From the NCBI GenBank assembly GCA_964270895.1, contig OZ185447.1: a stretch of 64,000 nucleotides of DNA. The stretch is one strand, 5' to 3'. Shown here piece after piece: positions 13,040 to 24,326 of this stretch (positions are counted from its first letter, which is position 1; each line of letters starts with the position of its first letter). Source of the DNA: Podarcis filfolensis. Its lineage: Eukaryota. The notes under the pieces were generated by a model. That model ran no database searches and had not been told where the DNA came from. It saw only the letters and a list, made by a program, of their open reading frames with translations. Both the position numbers and the translations under genes were made by a program.

Positions 13040-13285
13040 TAGGACCGAGAGATATCTGGTTTTCAACATTGTGATATACCAGCAGCTGAATACCACAATG
13101 TCCGACTCTGGAATGTATCTCGGCTGCTCCCTCCTTCCCACCTTAGGCTCCTTTTGCCTGCCTCCCTGCGCCTTTGCTGTCTGCAGGCCATTTGAACTGG
13201 CACGTTTTATCGCCAGCTCAAATTGTCTGAAACCAGTATCATGATCTGAACGCCATAATCGTTTTAGATAATTTCTCAGTGCATC
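13040..13285. mobile_element. Older, degraded inverted copy of the TAGGGCTGGG hAT MITE family
   Basis: Both ends align by eye to the reverse complement of the termini of 4464-4912. Confidence 0.6.
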
Positions 13286-13509
13286 ACTCAGCTCTGTGCA
13301 GGACAAGGTGAACCTCTGGCCTGATCTGGCAAAGCTTTTCTTACGAAGCATTTAAGTTGAGAGCGCTCGTGTAAACACATCGCTGCAGATCCCAGCCTGA
13401 CCTCAGGAAACACAAGCCCAACCAGGTAACATCTCCTGCCACCTTCATGATCTGTCCCGTCATCCCTCCATGATCCCCCAATGTCCCTGCAAAAAGGTAG
13501 CTCTAGTAC

Positions 13510-13682
13510 CTGGGTGGATTTGTCACTCATATGCGCTACGGCAGCTCCTTCCGCATCCCGAGGCCACTGGCCCAAGAGATACAATCCAAGGACGGTGTCT
13601 AGGGAGGAGGTGCGCCTCACCCGGGGGGGCCTGTTCCGGCAGGCCTTCTCGACCGGACCGGCCGCAGCACATGGGACACTGG
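13510..13682 (-). CDS. FAM117A: FAM117A coding exon 2 (ASVPCAAAGPVEKACRNRPPRVRRTSSLDTVLGLYLLGQWPRDAEGAAVAHMSDKSTQ)
   Basis: Matches human VRRTFSLDTILSSYLLGQWPRD...DKATQ. Acceptor ctctccag; donor CAG|GTACTA; 173 nt; phase 1 to 0, fits exons 1 and 3. Confidence 0.95.
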
Positions 13683-14180
13683 CTGGAGAGGAAGGAAGAG
13701 AAACAAGTTAAGAATTTGAAGCATCACTCCTAAATCTCTTCTACCTGCAGCAGGAGCTTATCTGTAGTGTAGGGAAGTGTAGCTCTGTGAGGGGGCAAAC
13801 TACAGTTCCCAGGAAGCCAAATCCTTTAAATGTATGGTGCGTAGGCCGGCCATATGATTTCCCTAACCTTTCTGATGCGTGTGCTTCTGAATAAGCAACA
13901 AGAACTAAATCATAAACCCCCAAAAGGGAAGGAACAATTATTAGCAGATTCCCTCCGCACCCTGCCGAATCTCCCGAAAATTTTGCAAATAGACGGGGCT
14001 GCGTCTTGTTTTGGCATATGCCATTCATATAATTTCAACACTTTATCTGTTCATTGCCAGAAGTGCCTTAGGTTCCCCATTTGGAGGGAACTCTGGACGT
14101 AAATTCCACACAGAATATATTGTTTTGTTTGATCTCGCTTGTTTGATAAACTCAGAGGCTGTGAAAAGTAACGACGATTA

Positions 14181-14673
14181 CCGTATTTTTCGCCCTATAG
14201 GACGCACTTTTTCCCCTCCAAAAATGAAGGGGAAATGTGTGTGCGTCCTATGGGGCGAATGCAGGCTTTCGCTGAAGCCTGGAGAGCGAGAGGGGTCGGT
14301 GTGCACTGACCCCTCTCACTCTCCAGGCTTCAGGAGAGCTGCAGCGCCAGCCCCACAAGGTCGGGGGACAGCGGGGAGGCAGAACGGTGCCATCCCGCTG
14401 TCTCCCAATGTGGTTTGGAGGCTGACGGCGGGGAGACGCGTGCTTCTCCCCGCCGCCAGCCCCACAAGCTCCAGGGACAGCTGGGAGGCGCAGTGTGTCT
14501 TCCCGCTATCCCCGGACCTGGTCTGCAGGCGGGCGGTGGGGAGAAGAGCGTTTCTCCCCGCTGCCTGCCCCGCAAGCGCCGGGGGGGGGGGAATAATTCC
14601 CCCCCTTTATTTCCCCCCCTAAAAACTTGGTGCGTCCTATGGGCCGGTGCGTCCTATGGGGCGAAAAATACGG
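14181..14673. mobile_element. Tc2-like MITE, CpG-rich (young)
   Basis: TIRs CCGTATTTTTCGCCC...GGCGAAAAATACGG; TA TSD at 14179-14180 and 14674-14675. Confidence 0.88.
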
Positions 14674-16487
14674 TAACATCGGAATAATTTATGGGAACTA
14701 TTGTGGAAATTATGAAAGCAGTAGAAGTATGAGATGATCAGAGCCCCCCAACCTCAGAACATGGGAAGATACCTCCAATTTTTTTTTGTAATTTGGCATA
14801 ATACTTGGACTGATTGATTATTGAATAATATGTATAATTTGGAATATTTAATATAGATTCCCCATTTGGATACTCCAGCTTGTTCAAAATTCAGCACCTA
14901 GAGTACCATTATTAATTAATTAATTATTATTATTAGAATTTATATACCACCCTATATCTGGGGGTCTCAGGCTGATTCACATAATAAAATCAAAATATAA
15001 AAACACAAAACACCTAATAAAAATAAAAACAACAACCCACCAATTACCCCCCCCCCCATTTTAAAAGGGCATAGGATGTAAATCGAATCAGCCAAATGTC
15101 TAGATAAAGAGGAACGTTTTTGCCTGGCACCTAAAGGTGCATAAGGAAGGCTCCAGGCGAACTTCCCTGGGGAGAGCATTCCACAGACGAGGGGTATTTA
15201 CCAAAGCTTGGATTTTGTTTTTTGGACTACGGAGCTCTGTGATGTTGTGCCGTCTCCGTTGGCTCCCGGTTCCCAAGCACAATCCAAAGTGCTAATTTTG
15301 ACCTTTAAAGCCCACACTATCCTTAAGGTTGCCTCCTCCCACTTGGATGGCATTTGACGCCCTTCTCTGTGAACCCTTTCCATCCAAGATGTGGCAGGTG
15401 GGCACGTGGGATTAAGGCCTTCTCTGCAGCGGTTCCCGGGTTTGGGAACTCTTCCCCAAGGAAAGCTCATTTGGAAGATGGTCAATGCGCCCTACTTTTT
15501 ATGGAAGACAGGTTTACAGGCTCAAAAGGCTAGCTGGTCCAAGCCCAGTTTCAAGAACCCTAAGAAGGGAGAGCAGGAGGGGTCCTGATGTTGCCAAACA
15601 ACCGTCGGCACCTCGACAGCAGACCGAATAGGCACCCCAGTCAGCTGGCCAAGCTTCCCCACTATAGTGAGTTGTATTAGAGTGAAATGTACTGTATTTC
15701 TATACACAGCGCACACAGACCAGCAAGCACAAATTTCATGCAAATCTGAGTCGCTCTTTTTACTCCTCTGATCCTCTCTTGATTTGCTTATAAGATGCTC
15801 AGTCAAAACTCTGCTTTTGCTTGTCAGCAACTCAATTCTTTTTCCTTTTATTGCTATCGACCTCCTGTTACTTGTTGCGCCGTTTCATTGCTTATTTACT
15901 GTAACCAATTTAAAATTTGTACGACTGTATTTCATTATTGCTGGCCTTGGAAATTCCAGGACGCAAAGGCTGCCACGCATGGTTAATGGTTTACTGTGAA
16001 CGCAACTCTCCTTACCATGTACAGCAGTGACAAGCCAGGATATCTGGCTTTAGCTTTACGATGGACCATTTGTTTAGCTCAAACAAGCCGTGAGAATAAA
16101 CCTTGGCTCTGCGCTGTGGTTTGTTTGGAGCAAAACACCATGATCAGACATAAAGCTAAGCCTAGAGGTGCGGCTTGCAACTCCTGTACGCATGTTAGGG
16201 GAGAAACAAAACAGGACCCCTCTCTGTGTTCACAGCATATTCCTAGCTACGGTTTACTGTGACAGGCGAACCGGGACAAAGCCAGGAAGAGCTCACTTGT
16301 CTACCTTGAAGGGCCAATGCAACAGATCAGCTTTCTAGATTGCAGGAGCTAGCAACAAGTTTCCAAGCATTTATTTAAGTCCTGCTAAACCCTCTTCCTG
16401 TACAAGTCAGTTGGGAAGGGTGCACCTGCAAACAAAGCACTACTACTGCCCTTCCCCTTTAAGACAGACAGTCAGCATCGACTGTTT

Positions 16488-16865
16488 CCGAGCACAATTC
16501 AAAGTGTTGGAGCTGACCTTTAAAGCCTTAAACGGCCTCGGCCCAGTATACCTGAAGGAGCGTTTCCACCCCCATCATTCTGCCTGGACACTGAGGTCCA
16601 GTGCCTAGGACCTTCTGGCAGTTCCCTCGCTGCGAGAAGTGAGGTTACAGGGAACCAGGCAGAGGGCCTTCTCAGTAGTGGCACCCGCCCTGTGGAACGC
16701 CCTCCCAGCAGATGTCAAAGAGAACAACAACTACCAGACTTTTAGAAGACAGCAGCCCTGTTTAGGGAAGCTTTTAATGTTTAATAGACTATTGTATTTT
16801 AATATTCTGTTGGAAGCCGCCCAGAGTGGCTGGGGAAACCCAGCCAGATGGGCAGGGTATAAACA

Positions 16866-16909
<44 letters not shown>
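16488..16909 (+). mobile_element. L2-type LINE 3' fragment with (ATT)n tail
   Basis: Relic peptide RAFSVVAPALWNALP. Related fragments at about 6298-6545 (minus), 7915-8152 (plus), 14918-15192 (minus), 15275-15510 (plus), 56876-56995 (minus), 58847-59345 (minus) and 63826-64000 (minus). Confidence 0.8.
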
Positions 16910-16910
<1 letters not shown>

Positions 16911-16915
16911 TTTAA

Positions 16916-17033
16916 TAGCTCACTCGGTAGAACGTGAAACTCTTAGTCTTAGGGTTATGGGTTCGAGTCGCACGTTGGGCAAAAAGATTGGACTAGATGA
17001 CCCTCGTGGGTCCCTTCCAACTCTGATTCTATG
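16916..17033 (+). mobile_element. tRNA-Lys-derived SINE with CR1-like 3' end (not a functional tRNA gene)
   Basis: Head tagctcactcggtagaacgtgaaactcttagtcttagggttatgggttcgagtcgcacgttgggc resembles tRNA-Lys(CTT); tail cccttccaactctgattctatg is CR1-like. Related SINEs at about 1983-2130 (minus), 11676-11885 (minus) and 40280-40420 (plus). Confidence 0.8.
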
Positions 17034-18155
17034 TGTGAAAAGGACTGGCTGCACCTTCCCCAGGTTTTTCCAAAGGGAAAGGGAGACTCACACCTCCTTT
17101 GCAACAGAGGCAATCTAAGCGCCTTCTGAACAAACTGCACCTGTATCCAATTTAGCGTGAGAAACACGCCCCCCCCCCCAATCCACTGGCTTGCTCAGTG
17201 GCCTTGGGCAATTCTCTCAGCTGAACCTTCCTCACAGGCTTAGAGATGAAATACGAGATGAGATGGTGTAACACCCAGCCCTTGGGACAGACATCTAATT
17301 GCATCTTAATACATTCGCTTCCCAATTGCTTCTGTACAGGAATGCATCCCCTCCTCTTATTTTTAGACTGTACGCATGTAGGCTGGGCCTGGTGTAGGCC
17401 TCCCCAAATTATTACAAGGATCTGCAACTATTTTCTTAGTAAAATGATGATTACTATTTCCTTGACTGTGCCGGGGCAAGTCTATTTTATGCACTTATTT
17501 CTGATGCCAACGGCTGCAGCCATATTTAGGAACAGCTGTGCTCTGTGAACATTCCTGCTTCCCAGCATGCCCAGTCCCTGGTCCCCAGCATTTCTGGAAG
17601 TTGATAGGCTAAGCCTCAGTTCGGGGACCCAAGATCTCAGCTTTGCCAAGCCATGGCTTGTTGGCAGGGGAGGAACGAGACCACAGCTCAGTTGTAAAAG
17701 CACACACTTTGAAGGCAAAAGGTCTTAATCCCTGGCATCTCCTGGTAGGAACAGGAGAGATACCCTTCTTGGAAACAGCCCTGAGCAATGATCCAACTTT
17801 ATCTAAAGCCACTAGGTAGGCTTAGGCAGGCCACGGTGCCTGATCTTAAGTGTTAATCATAGCAGGTTTTATTACTGAAACCTCAAGAGCCTCTGCACTT
17901 TTGATTTCAGATGTGCGAGAGCCAGCTCACTCATTGGCAAAGGAAGCACACTGTACAGCGCTCACAAGTGCTGTTAACCACATGGGTCCTGAGCAGCATA
18001 TATGTGACATTCGCCACCTCAAGAACCTTGACGGATGGATATAAAGCAAGCTGTGCCCTGAACAGTGTCGCATGCAGTTTAATCATAATGGAGACTCAAG
18101 ACCCTTGTTCTTGTAAAGAAGCTGGTAAAATACGGTCTTGACTATGCTACCACTC

Positions 18156-19207
18156 AGTGGATTTGTAACTGGCTGACTGACCGAACCCAAAGGGTGCTCA
18201 TCAATGGTTCCTCTTCATCCTGGAGAAGAGTGACCAGGGGGGTGCCACAGGGTTCTGTCTTGGGCCCGGTCTTATTCAACATCTTTATCAACGACTTGGA
18301 TGATGGACTCAAGGGCATCCTGATCAAATTTGCAGATGACACCAAACTGGGAGGGGTGGCTAACACCCCAGAGGACAGGATCACACTTCAAAACGACCTT
18401 GACAGATTAGAGAACTGGGCCAAAACAAACAAGATGAATTTTAACAGGGAGAAATGTAAAGTATTGCACTTGGGCAAAAAAAAATGAGAGGCACAAATAC
18501 AAGATGGGTGACACCTGGCTTGAGAGCAGTACATGTGAAAAGGATCTAGGAGTCTTGGTTGACCACAAACTTGACATGAGCCAACAGTGTGACGCGGCAG
18601 CTAAAAAAGCCAATGCAATTCTGGGCTGCATCAATAGGAGTATAGCATCTAGATCAAGGGAAGTAATAGTGCCACTGTATTCTGCTCTGGTCAGACCTCA
18701 CCTGGAGTACTGTGTCCAGTTCTGGGCACCACAGTTCAAGAAGGACACTGACAAACTGGAACGTGTCCAGAGGAGGGCAACCAAAATGGTCAAAGGCCTG
18801 GAAACGATGCCTTATGAGGAAAGGCTAAGGGAGCTGGGCATGTTTAGCCTGGAGAAGAGGAGGTTAAGGGGTGATATGATAGCCATGTTCAAATATATAA
18901 AAGGATGTCACATAGAGGAGGGAGAAAGGTTGTTTTCTGCTGCTCCAGAGAAGCGGACACAGAGCAATGGATCCAAACTACAAGAAAGAAGATTCCACCT
19001 AAAACATTAGGAAGAACTTCCTGACAGTAAGAGCTGTTCGACAGTGGAATTTGCTGCCAAGGAGTGTGGTGGAGTCTCCTTCTTTGGAGGTCTTTAAGCA
19101 GAGGCTTGACAACCATATGTCAGGAGTGCTCTGATGGTGTTTCCTGCTTGGCAGGGGGTTGGACTCGATGGCCCTTGTGGTCTCTTCCAACTCTATGATT
19201 CTATGAC
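18156..19207 (+). mobile_element. 5'-truncated CR1 LINE (RT domain, ORF2 C-terminus and 3' UTR)
   Basis: [21 protein letters not shown]...FADDTKLGG reverse transcriptase motifs; ends in the CR1 terminus ttccaactctatgattctatga. Confidence 0.95.
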
Positions 19208-19682
19208 CCGTAGGAAGCTTTGCCTTGTGCAGAGTCAGGCCCCTTAAAAACAGAAGAGATCAGGCCATAGGCCAATCTAGTCCAGCATCACAGGGGCCAA
19301 GTAGATGCCTATAGAAAACCTGCAAGGAGGACCTGAGTGCAACTGCGCTCTCTCCACCAGTGTTAGAAACTCAGATATATAAGCTAGGGGCCAAATGGCT
19401 CCTTAAACCAAGGTTGCAGTCGCCAAAATGGAATGTCTAGTTGCCATTTGGGGGCAAGATGGCTCTAAAGTCTTTATTTTTCAATAATATTCTTATTATT
19501 CTAATATTCTTAAGAGGGTCTCTTCTCCAGTCTTAAGAGTAGCTGGAAGTGGAGAGGCAGAAAAGGGCCCTCCTTTCCTTCCATACTCTGCAGTTTTAAT
19601 CTGAATTCGTAGGCACAGTACTGCGCTCAGAGCTCAGAAACCAAATGCTAACCAAATTCCCTGTCGCAAAATGTGCCTAAAC

Positions 19683-20064
19683 AAGGCATAGTATGCAAAC
19701 TCTGGCCCTCCAGATGTTTGGAATTACAATTCCCATCATCCCTTACCACTGGTCCTGTTAGCTAGGGATGATGGGAATTGTAGTCCCAAACATCTGGAGG
19801 GCCGGAGTTTGCCTATGCCTGGCCTGAACCATGGGTAGGCAAACTAAGGCCCAGGGGCTGAATCCGGCTCAATGGCCTACTAAATCCAGTCCGCGAATCA
19901 GCGTGTTTTTACATGAGCAGAATGTAGTCTTTTATTTAAAATGCATCTCTGGGTTATTTGTGGGGCATAGGAATTCATTCTTTTTCTCAAAATATAGTCC
20001 AGCCCCCCACAAGGTCTGAGGGACAGTGGACCGGCCCCCTGCTGAAAAAGTTTGCTGACCCCTG
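19683..20064. mobile_element. Two tandem hAT MITEs (19683-19821 palindromic type; 19830-20064 second family)
   Basis: TIR pairs separated and flanked by three copies of a gcct(a/g)aac-like TSD. Confidence 0.85.
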
Positions 20065-20301
20065 GCCTAGAACAATGGGAGTTTCGAACACTGCATCCAG
20101 CGTATGTTATTGCCCTGCTCTGTCCAGCTTCCCCATTTCTTGGGGGTTGCTTTTTCATATTTAGCTTTTCGAAGGCTAGACACCCCTGCTTGCCGGCACA
20201 GAGTGCATGCTTCCTTCTCTCACCCAATCAGTTTCTTTGGTAAAGCAAAAAGGGGTGCAGCAGCCACCCCCTTGCATCAAAGTTTTCACCCTCCCCACTT
20301 T

Positions 20302-20354
<53 letters not shown>

Positions 20355-20357
20355 CAG
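20302..20357. repeat. (AGC)14 microsatellite with a TAG-interrupted end
   Basis: Read directly from the sequence. Confidence 0.95.
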
Positions 20358-22925
20358 AAGAATACTGGGCTATCTGCAAGTAACTGGTACTAGCCTGATT
20401 AGGGAGAAGAAATGAAAACACTGTTATCATGACCTGCAAAGGCCCCAAGAACCGCATTGTAATACTTCAGATTTATGGAATATCTAACCACTTCACAGCA
20501 CGTTCTCGTAGCAAACTCTACAGCTCCTCCCACAGCACACGCCTGCGTTATCGATGTACTTTGGGGGGGAGGAAGCGCTGACACAGACCAAGTGGCACAG
20601 AGCCACCCGCAAATTTGTGGTTTGAGCCGGAGAGCTCTGAAGTGACGATTTCCTGGCTCCCAGCTCACTCTCAGCTATCACGCTCCCAGCTACCGCGTTT
20701 AAAGCAAAAGAGAAATGCCAACCCAAGCCCCAAGGCTGGAGATTGTTTGCTTTTTCATTTACACGTAAATTAATATGCACTCGTAATAACCAAAGCCGGG
20801 ACCTCCTGGTACGCTGCCAAGGAGAGATCTCTGGCAGCTCAGATTCAGAGCTCCTGACTCACAGCAGTTTAGCAGCTATTTAAGGCACCCCCTCCACCGG
20901 TTGTTGACTGAGCATCAGGCAGGCTCTATTTGAGGCGCATGCAATGCGCACTCCGTTTCAGAGCAGTCGCAAGCCAGCTCGGGAGGCTGGTTCAGTAGCC
21001 CAAAAGCTCTGCCCTTTAACCCTAGAGCTGTGGCCGCTCAGTGGTGAAAAGGCAGTCTGCACAAACTCATGAACCCAGGGTTGGGGTGGTCAGCTGGTAA
21101 ACGCCCCCCCCATATAACTCGCACCTGATAGGCCCTGCCACACTGAAGGCACCTGTGAAATCAGTGGCTGCACAGACAGACAGACAGACAGACAGAGAGC
21201 GCAGAGCCAAGAAAGATTGCAGTCCCAACAGCTGGCCTGGGAGCACTTCTCAGCTCCTGTCAAAGCAGCACGGCCTAAAAATACACCAGAGGCAGCAAAA
21301 CAATGCTCGCTGCAAGACAAAGATGGCATGTGAGAGAAGCAGAGGCAGGGTGGGGTGTCCTGTTTACAGCACAGCTCTATTATCAGCCTAGTCCATTAGG
21401 CTGGGTTCAGCCCAGCCACACCTGGCTGCATATTCTAGACTCCCATCGCTAGCTGAGCATCTCTGATCTGGGGAGTGGGGGGGGGACGTCCAGAACAGAA
21501 CAGCTCGGAGATAAATGGAACCGGCACTATCTCGGGCCACCAGTGTGGCAGCTGCCTCACATCTGGGGCTCCTCCGTCTGGGACAGCTCCTTTTTAATTC
21601 CCTAGTCTTGTTTTTACACACTGAGCGAAGGTGGAGGCAGGGAATCAGCATTTTGGAGAGGGGGCAAAAAGGGGGGGTTCTGCTCCTTCCTCGCGACCCC
21701 CCCCCAATGCTCGGCTGCATTGGCTCTCAGGAACGCATGCAACAGTCCCTTCCTAGCTCATACGACTGCATCATGCAGAGGGCCAGAAATAAAACATCTG
21801 GATAGATCAATGCACACAATGGAATATAATACTGTTGCGTACAATACAACCAGAGCCACAGGAGCTAATGGGAGTCCCACATTCCCCTCTCCGCTCGACT
21901 TCTGCACTCTTTTTCACTAGCAGTACAGCAGGTATCTGAACTGCTGCTGCTATTCATCTCAGCTTGACCCCAATGCTGGAAAGAACTCCCCATATTTTCT
22001 GGAAGGGCGAGGTAGAAATTTAATAATAGAACTGTGTTTCTCAAGCTTGGGTCTCCAGTTGCTGTTGGACTACAACTCCAATCATCCCTGACCGCTGGGG
22101 TCCTGCTAGCTAGGGATGATGGGAGTTGTAGTCCAACCAACAACACTACAATAAAATATTCTCTTTGAATTAATGCATGGGTAGCCGAGTTCTCTATTTG
22201 AGTGTGGGTGTGCCTGCAACACTCTTCTCCAGACAGTGGTCTGAGTGCTGGAAGTGTTTCATGCTGCTGCAAAAACCAAATGTCTCATGTGCGGTCTGGT
22301 TCCATAAGTTTACCATGTGCTCAGGCATCCTTACATCATACTTATACGTGCAGCTAAGCATACACCGGTATGAATGCACGTTGCATACGAAATGAAACCT
22401 TAAACAGAAGCAACATTTTTGTAGCCTGGAAGACCTTTCTCCTTGCAAGACCCATCAGCCTAAAGCAGTTGGAATGGCTAAGAAACTGCTCAACGCTTCT
22501 GCCTAGGCAGGCCTTACAACCTTTGGATGATCTGACAAGCGCTGCCACTGTGGTTTCCATTTATTGCAATACGCAACTGCGGGTTGCCCTTTTCTCATAG
22601 CGCGATTGTTTAAACCAAAACCATGAGTGCAAAATAAAAGCTGCAAATTACTACAACAACCACAAGTCATAAAATAGGTTGTGAACACTAGCTACACTAA
22701 GACAAGAGTACACATACAAGGTACAACCACAATTATTAGTAGCCTTAGGGGAGCTGCCAAATATGGCACAAGTTGCCAAGTATGACCAGGTCATCTTTCT
22801 ACAGTAGTTCGAAAGCATTGTATGTTTCAACTGTTAGCCACTTTTGAGTTTCTTCTGGCCGAGAGTTATTAGGATAAAAACAGAAGAATTATGCAGCTTT
22901 TGTTGATAGCACCCAAGAACTTTGC

Positions 22926-22980
<55 letters not shown>
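22926..22980. repeat. (ATT)n microsatellite, about 18 units
   Basis: Read directly; similar tracts at about 16872-16909, 58847-58893 and 63826-63882, as LINE tails. Confidence 0.95.
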
Positions 22981-24187
22981 TTGCACTGCATTCTGGGGAG
23001 GCACAGGCAGCAATAGCCCCAAGTCGCAGTGCAAAACCTTCTGACAAGCAAAACCTTCTGACAAGAGTAGCACAAGGAAAAACAGCAACCTAGCAATGAC
23101 CCAAAGAAAGTATTAACATTCCACGGAAACTTCCCGTGTAGAGAAGTTCTTCCAGAACCACCACAAAACGAGCACCACAAATCTTTAACACCTGCAGCAA
23201 AGGAAACATTTAGACCCCCCCCATCTGCACTATACATTTATATAAGAAGCACCACACCCCTTTAAAAGACATGGCCTCCCCCCAAAGAATCCTGGGAGCC
23301 GCAGCCTTCTAAGGATGTTGTTGGGAGTTGTTAGGCGACCCCTGTTCCCCCTTGAAGAACCACAATTCCCAGAGTTCCCTAGGAAGAGGGATTGCTTGTT
23401 AACACCCACTCTTGAGAATTGTAGCTCAGAGAATAAAGGGCGGGGGATCCGTCAGCAGCCTTCAACCACCATTCCCACGATTCTTTGGAGCAAACCATGG
23501 CTGTTTAAAGCGGCGTGCTACTGCTTTCAATGTATATAGCACAGATGGAGCCTATTATTATTGTGAGCAGCCTGGCTGCAACAAGGAAGCGGTAGTAAAC
23601 AGCCCCAGACTCTGGACACTGTTGAAAGTCAGGAAAATTGATACTGCCAATTCTATGCCAGTCTTGGTGCCCTCCAGGCATTTTGGGCTCCCAACAGTGT
23701 GGGCAACAGTCAAGGCTAATAGGAGACCACCAGGTTTTTTTTGGGGGGTGGGGGTAGGAAGATACTCTAGATCAGTGTTTCCCCAACTTGTCTCTCCAGC
23801 TGTTTTTGGACTGCAACTCCCCTACCTGGCAAGACCAGTGGTCAGGGATGATTGTAGTTGGAAAACAGCTGGAGACCCAAGTTTGGGTAAGCCTGCTCTG
23901 GGTTCTCCCCTCCACCCAGACACGTATCCTACTGCTTACTGCTCCACTAGGCCCAGTAGCTAAAACATCCAGCTCATAGTAGAGACACTCTTACTTTCCA
24001 TTCTTTGCTAGGCAGGAGAAGAGCCAGCAGTTGTTCACAATATAAAAGCTCTCTTCCATCAGCTCCATCCACCCACACCGACGACGCAAAGTGGAACTTT
24101 TGTCCTTCGGCATCCAAACATTTCCACCCGGCCAAGAATACACCCAGTTTGCTCTATTTGGCAAGCAGCATCCCGACTGACCAACCA

Positions 24188-24326
24188 NNNNNNNNNNNNN
24201 NNNNNNNNNNNNNNNNNNNNNNNNNNNNNNNNNNNNNNNNNNNNNNNNNNNNNNNNNNNNNNNNNNNNNNNNNNNNNNNNNNNNNNNNNNNNNNNNNNNN
24301 NNNNNNNNNNNNNNNNNNNNNNNNNN
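24188..24326. other. Assembly gap (139 N)
   Basis: Run of N in FAM117A intron 1. Confidence 1.

Noticed and set aside
11636-16025. Exact 17-mer TCCTTACCATGTACAGC at 11636 and 16009 (ATG|GTAAGG donor on the minus strand)
   Set aside because: A 17-mer repeat is not unexpected by chance in 64 kb (about 0.1 expected), and the phase-0 donor would be out of frame with FAM117A exon 2.
16916-16981. Functional tRNA-Lys gene
   Set aside because: The acceptor stem 5' strand is missing, the stems have several mismatches, and it runs straight into a CR1-like tail, so it is a SINE head.
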